A stretch of 56,767 bases of DNA, filler included, from Sphacelaria rigidula (lineage: Eukaryota): assembly GCA_964200075.2 (NCBI GenBank). It is 3 parts of 3 records of this genome, joined end to end, with 100 filler letters (N's around TTAATTAATTAA, not from the genome) between each part and the next. Parts side by side here need not be neighbours in the genome. Positions count along the whole stretch, not along the records: positions 1 to 18,861 come from CAXNAA020000775.1; positions 18,962 to 37,817 come from CAXNAA020000776.1; 1 more part is not named here. One strand, written 5' to 3'. The stretch's first letter is position 1. The number at the start of each line of letters is the position of its first letter. A program made the position numbers and the translations under genes. The notes below the pieces were generated by a model. It saw nothing but the letters and a program-made list of their open reading frames with translations. It was not told the DNA's origin and made no database searches. Below, in pieces: positions 13,101-30,500 of the stretch.

Positions 13101-16100
13101 CCGTACGTTGCGATAGCTGCGACGCCGTCGAGGTACTCTCCTCTCGATTGCGTAAGAGCGCCCGCGTGCTTCTCGTGCACCGACCGCATAACCAGCACAA
13201 CCGAGTCGTTCGTACAGGGTTTCGCGACACCAGCGGAGAACTGACGAGGGTTGATGTGCCTCAGGTGATCGGCCCACGCCGACAAGTTGGCGATCGACGT
13301 CTGTATAGACCCACTGCGCAAAGCATGCAAGGCGGGGACGCACTCACGCTCAGCTACCCGTTTCTGGTCATTACCTCATAGCGTGCTCAAAACACGTCGG
13401 CGGGCTTCTGTACAGGAGCCCCTCCGATCTATTACGCGGCGGTCAGGGTGAGGACATCGGCTGCTGGACGCGTGCTTTCGGGGGGGGGAGGCATACGCAT
13501 TTGTCGCTTGCCTTAGTCGTTCGACCGTTGACCCTGGGGTTGGGGGTCCTAGGTACCATAACGTACGGACTGTTCTACTTGGGAGTGTTGGGTCGGAAAA
13601 TTTGTTAGGTGTTCATATTCCCTCCTCCTCCTCCTCCTCCTCCTCTCTCCCCCCCCCACCACCACGTTCACCTCCGAAAGACTGCTTGACCCCCCCAGAA
13701 TGAAATGCAGATGCCAAGAAAAAAAAGCAGCCGCCGAGTGATGCTACGGTAGGGGTCCACAGATATTTGCTGACGTCAGAATTGTCAGGAGCCGTCGATC
13801 TCATGCAAAGCATCACTTGCTAAGAAATGTTAGAGCACGCCAGGATTACTACTCCAATGTGCTGGGGATATCCCGAATGAACTTGCAAACGAGGATGCCC
13901 CGACCCATTTTCTTTGCGCAATCTAGAATCGTGACGAGCCCCTGAACTAGACAATATGTCAAGGGTAGGTCGAGTAGAGTGTGTACGTTTGAGTACTCGA
14001 GTAGAATACTCAAGTATTTACTCTACTCGACGTTTGAGTAAATCGAATACGGCCTCAAATACTCTACTCGAATTTTGAGTAAGCACTCTCGGTAATTCTT
14101 GAGTATAGAGTATCACTCGAGTATGACCTCAATGCTCTACTCAAAATTCGAGTAGATTGAGTATGATCTCAAATACTCTCCTCGGATAATTGAGTAGGTT
14201 GAGTACGACCTCAAGTACTCTACTCAAACTTTGAGTTTCAAAAGTATGACTCTTGCAAAATACCAGCATTGCTCCACCCATGCTCTGTGCGTGTTCGGTT
14301 CACGCATTCAAGTTCCTCCCCCCCCCTATCGTAGCACGGCTCACCGTGGGGGGGGAGGAGTAGCGGACGCGGTCATTTCGACAGGGCTGGACGCCCTTCG
14401 CCCAAGGTAGCCTCTTCGAGTGTTTTTCAATTTTCCAGGAGAGCTGAGCTAGTCCAGAGGATGCCTATCTCGAGTGTACTCAAGGCTGAAAAGTAGCACC
14501 ATTCCATCCTGCTTGTAAAGATTACCCAAATTGAGGATGACAACAAAGTGAAAAGTTGGAGATCCCGAAGGAACAGACATTTCTTCGTCTTCGACGACTG
14601 CGGCACCGGGGAGGCTTCGGAATTATGCAGACACACGTACTACTTCACGCGGAGCGGAACCCGCAACGATGGGGGGGGGGATTGCGGAGTCTGTCAGGAT
14701 GAATCACTCACGCGTGAACGCTCCGCCTCCTTTCTCTCTCCCGGTCGCCTCGGAGATCGCCGCGACTTTCCTGCCATCGAATGAACGCGATGAGCTTCAC
14801 GTCGCGGGGTCCAAACGGTGCCAGGGGACGGGGTTGCAGGGCGAGCGTCAGGCGGGCATTCGGCGTCGCTGCACAAGACGAAAACGAGCCAACACCAAAA
14901 CACGCGGAGCGCCGCATGCGCCGGGGCGCAACATCGCGCTTAGGGGAGGGAGGAGGGGGGGGGCTAGCGGGGTACACCGGCCCCCGACTTGCACTCGAAT
15001 GACGCACCTTCGCGGGGCTGGGATAGTACAAGGAAGCGGCGCTCAGGTCCATGTCCTCGCGCAGATCCCGCCGTGTGTCCATCCACGCGCAGAAAAGGGC
15101 TACATTGGAGTTGGCAGCGCCCTGCGAGTGTGCGGATCGACGCTTGCGAGCGGCATTCTGAAAGGGGAGACAACGCCGGGGTTGGGGTTAGCGGGATGGG
15201 AGGTAGGTGAGTCCGCACTGCACAACGTGAGACGCGAGGTTTCCCCTTGCGAGTGGTCGATTCTTTGCCCTAGCTCGGGCTCCGGCTTACTCTCCTCTCA
15301 CCCTCAGCGAGCGCTTCAGCGCCCGATGCCTTCGGTAAACAGATACGGCACTACACTGGCACCTTCTCAGCGAACGCCTCGCGGTCAGCCCTCTCGCTCA
15401 TAGTCAGGTCGCTGTTGTCGACGCCAGAGGCTGCAACCACAAACATATCTGCTCGCTTCAGCTCAAGGTATCGGCCACGGATGACCTCGTCGCTATCTGG
15501 TCGTCGGCCGGCGTGCCGCAGGCGAGGAGGGTGGAGGAGAAAACACCGGTTAAGATGACGGCGGAGGAGCGCAACACGCGGAGCGCGGGATCGACGGTCG
15601 CAGGCAACCACGGAGCACAATACCAGCAATCGCAAACGAAACCCCGGTGCACGATGTCTACCTTGAGAGGAATCATCTCCAGCGCCGGGCGATGGCCCCG
15701 GTGCCGCGACGTTGTCGAGGTATCGTTCACACGACACTGCACCCTTGCCCACCCCGCTCCTTCTCGTCGCCGCAGCCCTACCCGTTGCGCCTTCGTCCTC
15801 AGACGTTTCGCCGCTGCACTCGCTTCCGCTGCTGCTGTCGGTCGTGTAAAAGCCGTCGGCGCTATCCTGCGGCACACGTTGGGGGCGGGCGGGGAGCGCA
15901 AGCTTTGCTCGCAGCGGGTGGACAAGCTCCTCCCCGCGTAGGCCGGGCCCGTATCGTGAGATCAGTCGGTGCCTGCGTAAGGTGCCGGCACCTCGTATCT
16001 TCATCCCATGAACGAGAGGAACACGGCAACGTACAACGTACCTCTGTGGGCACCCCAACGTTGGGGCGAGATGGCTCGGGGCTACGGTTGAGAACCGGAC

Positions 16101-16125
16101 TCTCTCGACCATTCCTCGCCGCGAG

Positions 16126-16170
<45 letters not shown>

Positions 16171-17110
16171 TGACAAGATGAGAAGAAACGGTCAGAAGGA
16201 AAGAAGCTGCAAAAGGAGACTAAATACGAAAGCAACGTTGAAAACAATAACGCACCCCCCCGTACCCAAGGTTACGGTCGGGGTCCGCGGCAAGTCAGTC
16301 TGTTTACGATAGCAACCCCCCCCCCCCCTCCCCTCGCCCAAAACAAACAAGAATAGGAGAAAACAAAAAACAAAGGAACAGCCCAAAACTGCCGCGAAAA
16401 CAGTTTTCCTGCCGCGCCTGATATTTCGTTTCAGGGCTGCATGAAGCGCTCAACCCTTAGACCACGAGATTAGTCTTTCTGGATCACGCATACTTTTTTT
16501 CACTTGAAATTGATGCCGATCCATCAGGAGACTAACCTCGCGGTCTAAGGGTTAGTACAGGCGACATTTACAAGACCGGTCCCAATCGCGATAAATCCCG
16601 ACCGCAAGCAGCTGTTTTCATTTCGATTTGCGTGTAGTTTTTGCCTTCCCAAAGGAGCTACTCAAGGGGGGGCAGGACTGTCGTTGGAAGTGGCAAGTGC
16701 GGCCCTACTTTGGCAAACAAACTTACGGGCTCGCTGCGGATGTCCTCGTCGCCGTGGCCACCGCCGCCGCCATCCGAGGACTCCGAGTCAAACCGGGCAT
16801 CGTGGACCCCGGACCCGCCACCACCCCTGGCGGCATTTTCGGCGGACATCCGAGAAGCTTCCCTCGTGGCAACTCTCTCCACGTCGTCAGCTGCGGCGTC
16901 GTCGCTATCGTCGGACCCCGCTCTCCGCCGCTTGTTTCTATTGACGATCGCGGACGCAGCTCGCGCCTCATAGCATTCGAAAATCTCTCTGTTTTTCGTC
17001 GTGGAAGCAATCGCTGCCGATCGCTTGACCCCTGCTGCCCGCGTCGAACCCGCGTTACCCTTTCCCTTGGCCCGGCCTCTTTCTCTCCCGAGGTTGGCAC
17101 CTTTCGCCAT
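10132..17110 (-). CDS. Crypton-F/Ndc10-type tyrosine recombinase with C-terminal GCR1_C-like domain, 12 exons, ~1001 aa
   Basis: Hand-spliced exons (minus): 17110-16727, 16043-15662, 15496-15363, 15157-15008, 14794-14712, 13313-13048, 12872-12836, 12671-12546, 12210-11893, 11678-11120, 10936-10529, 10290-10132. All introns are GT-AG and phase-compatible; total 3006 nt with no internal stop. Motifs: LRLLADTNLRHALICRGE, VRKGKTIKYGR, LCPIFSLALYLFWRFD..LPNFEDRAKWY, KVVHGAR, VTH, LVY, YFCARQEVEVPPAL, LRLVL...RFPDFALYKKYPFNS..F, LSSLWECW. Exons 4-10 are well supported by motif continuity; exons 1-3 and 12 are less certain. Confidence 0.8.
12450..12505. repeat. (CACT)n microsatellite in a recombinase intron
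   Basis: Tandem cact units seen directly. Confidence 0.95.
13970..14250. repeat. Degenerate ~44-bp tandem array rich in GAGTA/TACTC
   Basis: Recurring ttgagta...ctcaa.tactctactc units; lies within predicted intron 5 of the recombinase. Confidence 0.75.
16452..16553. mobile_element. ~100-bp MITE with piggyBac-like CCCTT...AAGGG ends
   Basis: Inverted arms aacccttagaccacgagattagtc and gactaacctcgcggtctaagggtt; flanks TCAA/TTAG resemble a decayed TTAA target site. Confidence 0.55.
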
Positions 17111-17961
17111 GTCCCACCCTTAGCGGTGCCTGGGGAAAATGCGAGCGGAGAGGGAAGGGAATCGAGCCAACCAACGGCAGGTAGGATGACGCGTGAATGA
17201 ATGAACAATACCATCGTATCTCCGGAGCCACACATGGGCGTCAACGCCGTATACCTGTTGCTACACGGGGGCGACACACGACCATCGCCCCACCACCAAA
17301 CAACAACAAAAAATCGGCCGCGTTACGTTGAAAGATGCTCAGGAGAGCCAGGTATGGATGTACCCTTACCCTAGATCCCCCCCCCCCCCCTGAAGGTGTA
17401 CAGGTAGCGTCACTACTCAAGAAACTCCACTTTGAGGCGAGGCTCAATTGTTATTCATATCACCGAGCCAAGCATAATTTTCTTGAAGCCAATTTCTAAC
17501 TTTCCGCACACGCGCAGTGATGACGTTTTCAAAAGCCAATATCTTTCACTTCCCGCGCGCGTACAGAATGATGTAATTCTTCAAAGCGAAAATCGTTTCT
17601 TACGAACGGATGTAATCGAACTTCAGTACCATATAGCGAGACATGTCGTTCTTTTTGCAGTGTTGCTTGGACAGATTATCTGCGGGAACCTCGCAGTATA
17701 CAGCAAAACAAAATGGTTGACCAGTACAGTCGTGGTGTACGGTTTCCCTGTGCAATAGATGTAAATAAGCACAATCACTTCGGGGTGAATCGCAAGACAA
17801 GCATCATACTCTATCATACATGTATGATATAATACATGCCGATATATTGGGGGCAACATGGCAATGACCAAGAAATGCAGTCACATCTCGTACTATTTGC
17901 TGTATTTATACGATATACTAGTACGTTTACATCTAACAGTCAATCAATCATCGAAATTGAG

Positions 17962-18365
17962 CATAGAGCTTTTCATTGAAAACGAAAATCCAGCAAGTGA
18001 AACTCTTCGTATCCACACCAAATCTTCGACATATGATACCATTCCTTCACCTACTGGCAGCTTTTCGCGAAACCTCCGACATGCCCTGAAAAATTGGATT
18101 TCGATTGCCGAAATGCTGGGGTCCGTCGTGAAGAAACGATTTGGGGGAATGGGTGTAATCCGATCGGATCGCAGAAACTTCCCGAAATCGACTCTTCACA
18201 GGGGACCCCAACATCTCGGCAACCGAAATCCAAATTTTTATGGCATGTCGGAGGTTTCGCTAATAGCTGCCAGTAGGTGAAGGAATGGTACCACATCTCG
18301 AAGATTTGGTATAGATACGAATATTTAAATTCTCCCGGTTCTCATCCTCAGTGAAAAACTCCATA
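17962..18365. mobile_element. ~400-bp imperfect palindrome (foldback MITE)
   Basis: ataccattccttcacctactggcagc (~18037-18061) pairs with gctgccagtaggtgaaggaatggta (~18266-18290); centre atccgatcggat at ~18163. The right arm is homologous to ~45005-45185. Confidence 0.8.
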
Positions 18366-18409
18366 GGTCACTACTCGTCTAAACGAGTGCAGTCGTGGAT
18401 GTTTTTTTA

Positions 18410-18740
18410 GAACACAACGAGCATGACTCGTGTGCTGGATCCGTTACCTTTTTTCCAGCGGGCGATGACTTGTGCGCTCGAATCATTACTTTTTTCTACA
18501 ACGAGATATGACTCGTGTGCTCGAGTCATTATTTGTTTACAACGAGCGATGGCTCGCGCGCTCGAGTCATTACTTTTTTCTACAACGAGCAATGACTCGT
18601 GTGCGTGAGTCATCCATTTTGTTGCACGACGACTAATGACTCGTGTGCTCGAGTAATTCATTTTCTCACGACGAGCGATGAGTCGAGTGCTCGCCCTAAA
18701 AATGTACCACTCAAGAGATACTCTCCGCCGCTCGAGTATA
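18410..18740. repeat. Degenerate ~42-bp tandem array (atgactcgtgtgctcgagtcatt...acaacgagc)
   Basis: About 7 contiguous diverged units with no unique spacers. Confidence 0.85.
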
Positions 18741-18861
18741 ACTCTGATCTCTCTGTGTGTGAGGGGGGGGGGGGGGGGGGGGGGGGAGTTTTTTTTTTGT
18801 CGTCCTAGTTGGGTTCTACATGTCACGTCCACCTTTCGCGGGGGGGGGGGGGGGGGGCGGG

Positions 18862-18961
18862 NNNNNNNNNNNNNNNNNNNNNNNNNNNNNNNNNNNNNNN
18901 NNNNNTTAATTAATTAANNNNNNNNNNNNNNNNNNNNNNNNNNNNNNNNNNNNNNNNNNNN
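18862..18961. other. Assembly gap with synthetic six-frame-stop linker TTAATTAATTAA
   Basis: 44 N + TTAATTAATTAA + 44 N; identical structure at 37818-37917. Confidence 0.95.
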
Positions 18962-19671
18962 TTAAAAAAGAAAGAGCTCCTGTGTTGACCTTTCTCCTGT
19001 GTGACCCCGGCGGATGCGCCCACATATACCGAAAGGTGTAGACCGGCGTCTAGAATAGATGGGACGACAACGCACACATCCCAAATGACGGTATCATCCT
19101 CCTTCCGACTGCATGCGGTCATGATAAGTCATTGAATTCAATATTATCCCTGTTCTTCGGCATGCACCTACGGAAATAAAACGAGACAAAGTTTTCCACA
19201 TGACCAACGTAACAGGTGTCTCGTTCACGTGTCCATGTTCCCCAGCTGCTACGAGAATGGCCATGCGGGACTCTAGCGGGGTAGGAAGACGGCCAAGATC
19301 GTTTGTTCGGCAGGTTGACCGTGTATTTCAGTGCCAGCCGGCACAGATAGGCCTAGCTTATAGCTCCGTGAGCCCGTTTTTTCTCCTTATTCATTTTTTT
19401 GTATATGCTTCTCCCTCATGTTTCATGCCCCATTTCAAGCTTTTCATGTACACTATACATGGTACAATGGGTCCCATAGTACGACCATCGTACAAAATCC
19501 CGATTACATTATTCAATTCAACAAGGTATCAAATATATGGGATACACAGAAACTTTTTTCGGATCAGACCCGCACCCACGGCACTTTGGAGTATTGAATA
19601 TTGAAGCCTGTCTGGTGACGGAAACCTCAAATTAAGGTCAACCTTGGGCGCGCTTACGGAGCTGAAGCCTA

Positions 19672-20470
19672 CGAGCTGGGCCAGCCCAGAAACGGTTTCA
19701 ACCTGGCAGAGCAATATCTCATCACCAGAAACGAATTGGGCCGTGGTCCGCAAATCGTATTAATCGTCGAATCAATGGGTTCCCATCTGCTCATAAGTTT
19801 AGGCCCATATTTTCTCGTTGATTAAAACACATGTCTAGTAATTCCTGTGCGCCGATACTAAAATCTCTACGAATCTCTCGAATTACGCATTTAGTCGATG
19901 ACGACAAAAAATGGTGTGGAGAACCGCAGAAGAGTACTGATTAAAAAAAAAATGAGCCTTCATTTTCTTCATTTTTTCATAGAGATTGGGGCTTTTTCGT
20001 GAAGAATAGGTCTTCACCACACCAACACGCCCTCAACAGGTGAAAAAATGAATGAAAAAAATTCTGGTCCACTGAGTTTTGTTATTTATGCCCTGGCGAG
20101 GGCCCAAACGCGGGTCGATGAGTGGCTTGCGAAATACTGTTCCGAACTTCTACCGATCCGATTCTTGGAGCGAATGCACTGGGCAATATCTAGAGTTGAA
20201 CCCTGAACTTTGGTGTCGACAATGCACAGAGCATCATGGAAAATCGGGAAGAGGCACATGAAGGTTTTTTTCCGTCAGTCAAGGGCAATAACCAGTTATC
20301 AGGTTTCAGCAAAACGCCCTCATCTCACGAAAAAAAAAAACTTCATGTGCTTCCCGATTCTTTATTTTGCCCCATGCATCATCCACACCAAATTTCAGGG
20401 TCCAACTCCAAATATTGGCCGGCGCATCCGCCTGCAAACTTTCATGCAGCCTCTAGGCTGGCCCAGCCCG
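19672..20470. mobile_element. Non-autonomous TIR element with TA target duplication (Tc1/mariner-like MITE)
   Basis: TA-CGAGCTGGGCCAGCC ... GGCTGGCCCAGCCCG-TA. Confidence 0.7.
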
Positions 20471-20779
20471 TAGGTCCGCCGGACAGTTTACACCGTGCCA
20501 ACAGCCTTTCGGCGCTGCAATTTCTACCGTTTCAGGAAAAAAGTGCCGGTCCACTGGGATTTTCCCCTGGTTCGAGTCGTTGTACACACGGCGGGCAGCT
20601 CACACATGATCCATCGTGATTCGGCGTGTGTTTTTCGCGATTCAAAGATGGTCATGGGGAGCTTGCTCAGCACTTCAACCTCAGAAGAACGGGTGAATAA
20701 ACTTTGAACCGAAAAGAGAAGTGAAGAGAACACCTGCACGTTCAGACCTCCACCACTTGTGGCGGATCACAGTACACAC

Positions 20780-27145
<6,366 letters not shown>

Positions 27146-27538
27146 CCTTGTAGATTTTGACACGCGCAGCGTTGTGCCAGGTGCAGAATTTGCCGGGGAC
27201 TGACTGCTGTTCGGTCAAGTCCCAAAGTGGCTTTATACCTTTTTATTTTGTTTGTTCTCCTCTGCTTCTTGGACAGTTAAGGGTATAGATTGTGTTTCTG
27301 TAACCGTCGGATTTTCGCGCGGTTTTCCCTCGTTTGCGATTCGAAAGTTGAAGATTCTGCGACACTACTTCCATGATCTCACAGTCCCATCTCACAGTCC
27401 CGTCAACTTCTAGCCGTACCGGACACGAGTACCAGTACTGTTGTATTCCAGGACTTTCTCCCCACAAAACACAAAGTACGGTACTGCACAGTACCGTACG
27501 AACAGTGGGTTACGGTGTGAAGGAGATCGATAGTTAAA
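27146..27538. promoter_or_regulatory. Putative bidirectional promoter region
   Basis: 393 bp between divergent ATGs (27145 minus, 27539 plus); inferred from geometry only. Confidence 0.55.
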
Positions 27539-30500
27539 ATGGCGGTGGATGTGCGCAGGGGAAGAATGGAAAAACGCGGAGCAGCGGCGGATGGGGTCCC
27601 GGCCCCGCCGGCGTCAGTGTTCACGACACGGCGAAAGCTTTTTCGGCGAGCAAGCCTGACGTCCTGGGGGAAGGATAACCTTGGGATGACCCGCGCAGCT
27701 GCAGATATCAATTATAAAGAGCTGATGCTCACGGTGCAGCAACAGAAGGTCCGGCTTCCATATGTACAGACAGTGTTGTCATCGTTTGAATAAATGCAAT
27801 ACAGTACATCTCACACCACCACCGTAAGCCGAACTGCTGAGAGCGCGGGTTCGGCTTGAATCTAATGAACACGCCTACCCTATCGTTAGAAACCTTTGCA
27901 GGACATGCACTGATAAACAGCCAATGGTGATCCGTGGCATAAACAACCGCTCATCAAGTAGCGCTCGTCCGCTTTCTTCCTTACTTCGCCACCGATCCCA
28001 CTATAACAGTACCAGGATAAAGAAAAGGCAGCACAGCGGAGAGTGTCCTACACAGAGAGCTGCGAGGGTGAGCAGATGTTACGGCAACGAAACGAAAGAA
28101 GGGCCAGGCTTCTCTCCCGCTCTTGCGCACGAAGAGACTTCTTGACCGCCTGGGAGATGTGAGGTTCAGAAACCCTTTGTGTCCTCGTCAACTTGCAGCA
28201 AGTTGGACGCAACGCAACTACGGCCTGTGTTACACCGGGGTAAAGGATTCACTCTTCGGACACAACCACGAGTAGAAAGGATCGAGTACATGTCATAACG
28301 CAATTATCGTATGTGGTCGTTCCCTGTTTCAACGTCCAGCGCCATGTAGAGCAGAATCATCTTGATACCTGGAGTGGTACAACAGAACAAATAAATATTG
28401 GACAACCGCCCTTCGCAACTTGCAGGGAAGGTCGAGCAAAATGGAAATCGAATCAACAAGCCCTCTGTCTCTACGAAAGACGTCTTTTAAACTACGAGCT
28501 AGCTGTACGAACACGGACTTCAGCTCAGCAATGCATGTCAAGAGCTAGGCACGCCAACGACGCCTACGGTGGCATCCAATGGTTCGAAAAGAACCTCGAC
28601 AAACTCGGCCTAGATCCGGGGGGAGACCACGGGGGAAGTGGTGCTGGCGCCGGGGGAGACACGCTCTTGCCGGACAAAGAGACTCAGGCAACGTTCCGCT
28701 CCAAGCTCCTGCGCACCGTTCTCGATCAAAATTTTGTGCCTAGTAGCAACGCAGAGGTCATGGCCGAGCTGCGTTTCCGTGGAAATGCTTGCCGTCGCGC
28801 CCGGCGTGAACGAGAGCACCGCCGACTCAAGACCGAGGTTGATCAACGACACGCAAAAGCCGAGACGGACGCTCAGCGTGCTGCAGACGAGCACTTGGAT
28901 TCGATGCTTGCGGCGGGCCAGAAAAGACGGATGACTGCCGCGGCTCATTGGGAGCTTCGTCGGGTCCGTGAGCAGCAGGCTATTCGAGATGTTGAACGCT
29001 TCAAGGAGATGGACGTAGCCGAAGAGGCTGCGTTCGAGAGGGCTTTCCACGAACGCTCGAAGTGCGCACGAGAGCAATACGCGGTGGGCAAAGCTGGGCG
29101 AGAAGAGGTGGCTGAGTCGTTTAAGATCAAGCTACGGCTGCACCGCGATAAAAAGCGGCAACGCGTGCACCACTTGTGCGTGGAAATTGCTCTCAAGATC
29201 GTAGATCTTACGGTCGTTGCGTCGGAAACCCGGGCGGACAGGGGAGCACCATTACCTCCAAGCTTATGGATGCGCCTGAAGCTACGGTTTTGTTCTCCTG
29301 ATCCATTCTTCGAGGCGAGCGTCCATCCAGACGCTGCCAATAAGCCCCTAAATCCTGTGCTTGAAGCTAACGCGTCGCTGCAGCTCCGGAATCTGGAACG
29401 GTGTGAAGGTCAATGGCGACCGCATGGACTCGTTCGGGCAGCTTTTGAAAACGAGTGTAGCCCGTTGGATTTGGCACTATCTGTTGCTCGAGATCTTGTG
29501 GAAACGACATGTAGCACCCCACGCGAAAGTCCTACTGCATTTCACGGTGATGGCAATGCAGATAATGGAAATACTACTGATGAGTGGAATACGTCCCTTA
29601 GGTTGGTGTTTCTTGGGGGTACGGCGGCAGTTTACTCGGAACTCGCAGGCTGGGCAGGGCTGTACTGCTGCGACTTGGAAACGGCGCTGGAATGCGCTAT
29701 GGATCTGGGTACCGAGATGGCTACAGTCAATGCCGCGAGCGCTGGAGGGAAGAAAAAACGGAGGAGCAGCGGTACTCGTAATATCTCGTCGGTGAATGCA
29801 GGTGTAGTGGATGGTGGTCTAACCGGGGGCACAGCGGGAACGGTGGAACACAATCAAACCTCTGCTGCCCGCAAGGCGTTTGACCCCGAAGCTCGTAAAG
29901 AAGATGTAGTTGCGTTCAAAGAGGCGGCGGCAGCGTACCACGCGCTTCGCACCAACCCAAAGAAGGCAACGGCATCAGTTTCTCTTGCCACACTGACAGA
30001 TATTCTTGTAAAGCACCTTGCGTGCCGATCGCCGAGCGGAAGACGGGGCTGGATGCTCACAGGCTACCCACGCTCTGTGTTAGAGGCAAAGTTGCTTGAG
30101 AACGCGCTGACAGGGTACATGGATGATGACGTGGCAACAGAGCTCGGGGTCGGGGTCAAAGGCTCCGCATCCGACGCAAGGAAGAAAAAAGACAGCTCAG
30201 TTCCCGCGGAGAATATTTGTCCATCCACACCCTCCAAGTCCGGACTAGATGCGATATTGCACATTTCAGCATCGCGTCCACCAAAAACGCTGCCACAATT
30301 ACGAGACGTATGTGGTAGCGAAAATTTAGACGGTGGACACGACATGAAGGGGTCGGACCCAGAGGATGATCAGAATGACGTAGCAGAGCGACCAAGGTCA
30401 AGCGCTGACCGGACGAAAATGACTGAAATTTCGGGACAAGATTCCGACGAGGATACAGAAGAAAACGCACACGAGGAGGCAGATGCTTTCGCACCAGAAA

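Noticed and set aside
7632-13792. Inverted ~60-bp pair as terminal repeats of the recombinase element
   Set aside because: The 13736-13792 copy falls inside predicted intron 5, and the gene continues to at least 15157.
13970-18740. 42-44-bp arrays (13970-14250, 18410-18740) as CRISPR-like arrays
   Set aside because: The units are contiguous and degenerate with no unique spacers, there are no cas genes, and the context is eukaryotic.
18906-18917. TTAATTAATTAA as a biological site
   Set aside because: It is centred between equal N runs at both gaps and is a synthetic six-frame stop linker.
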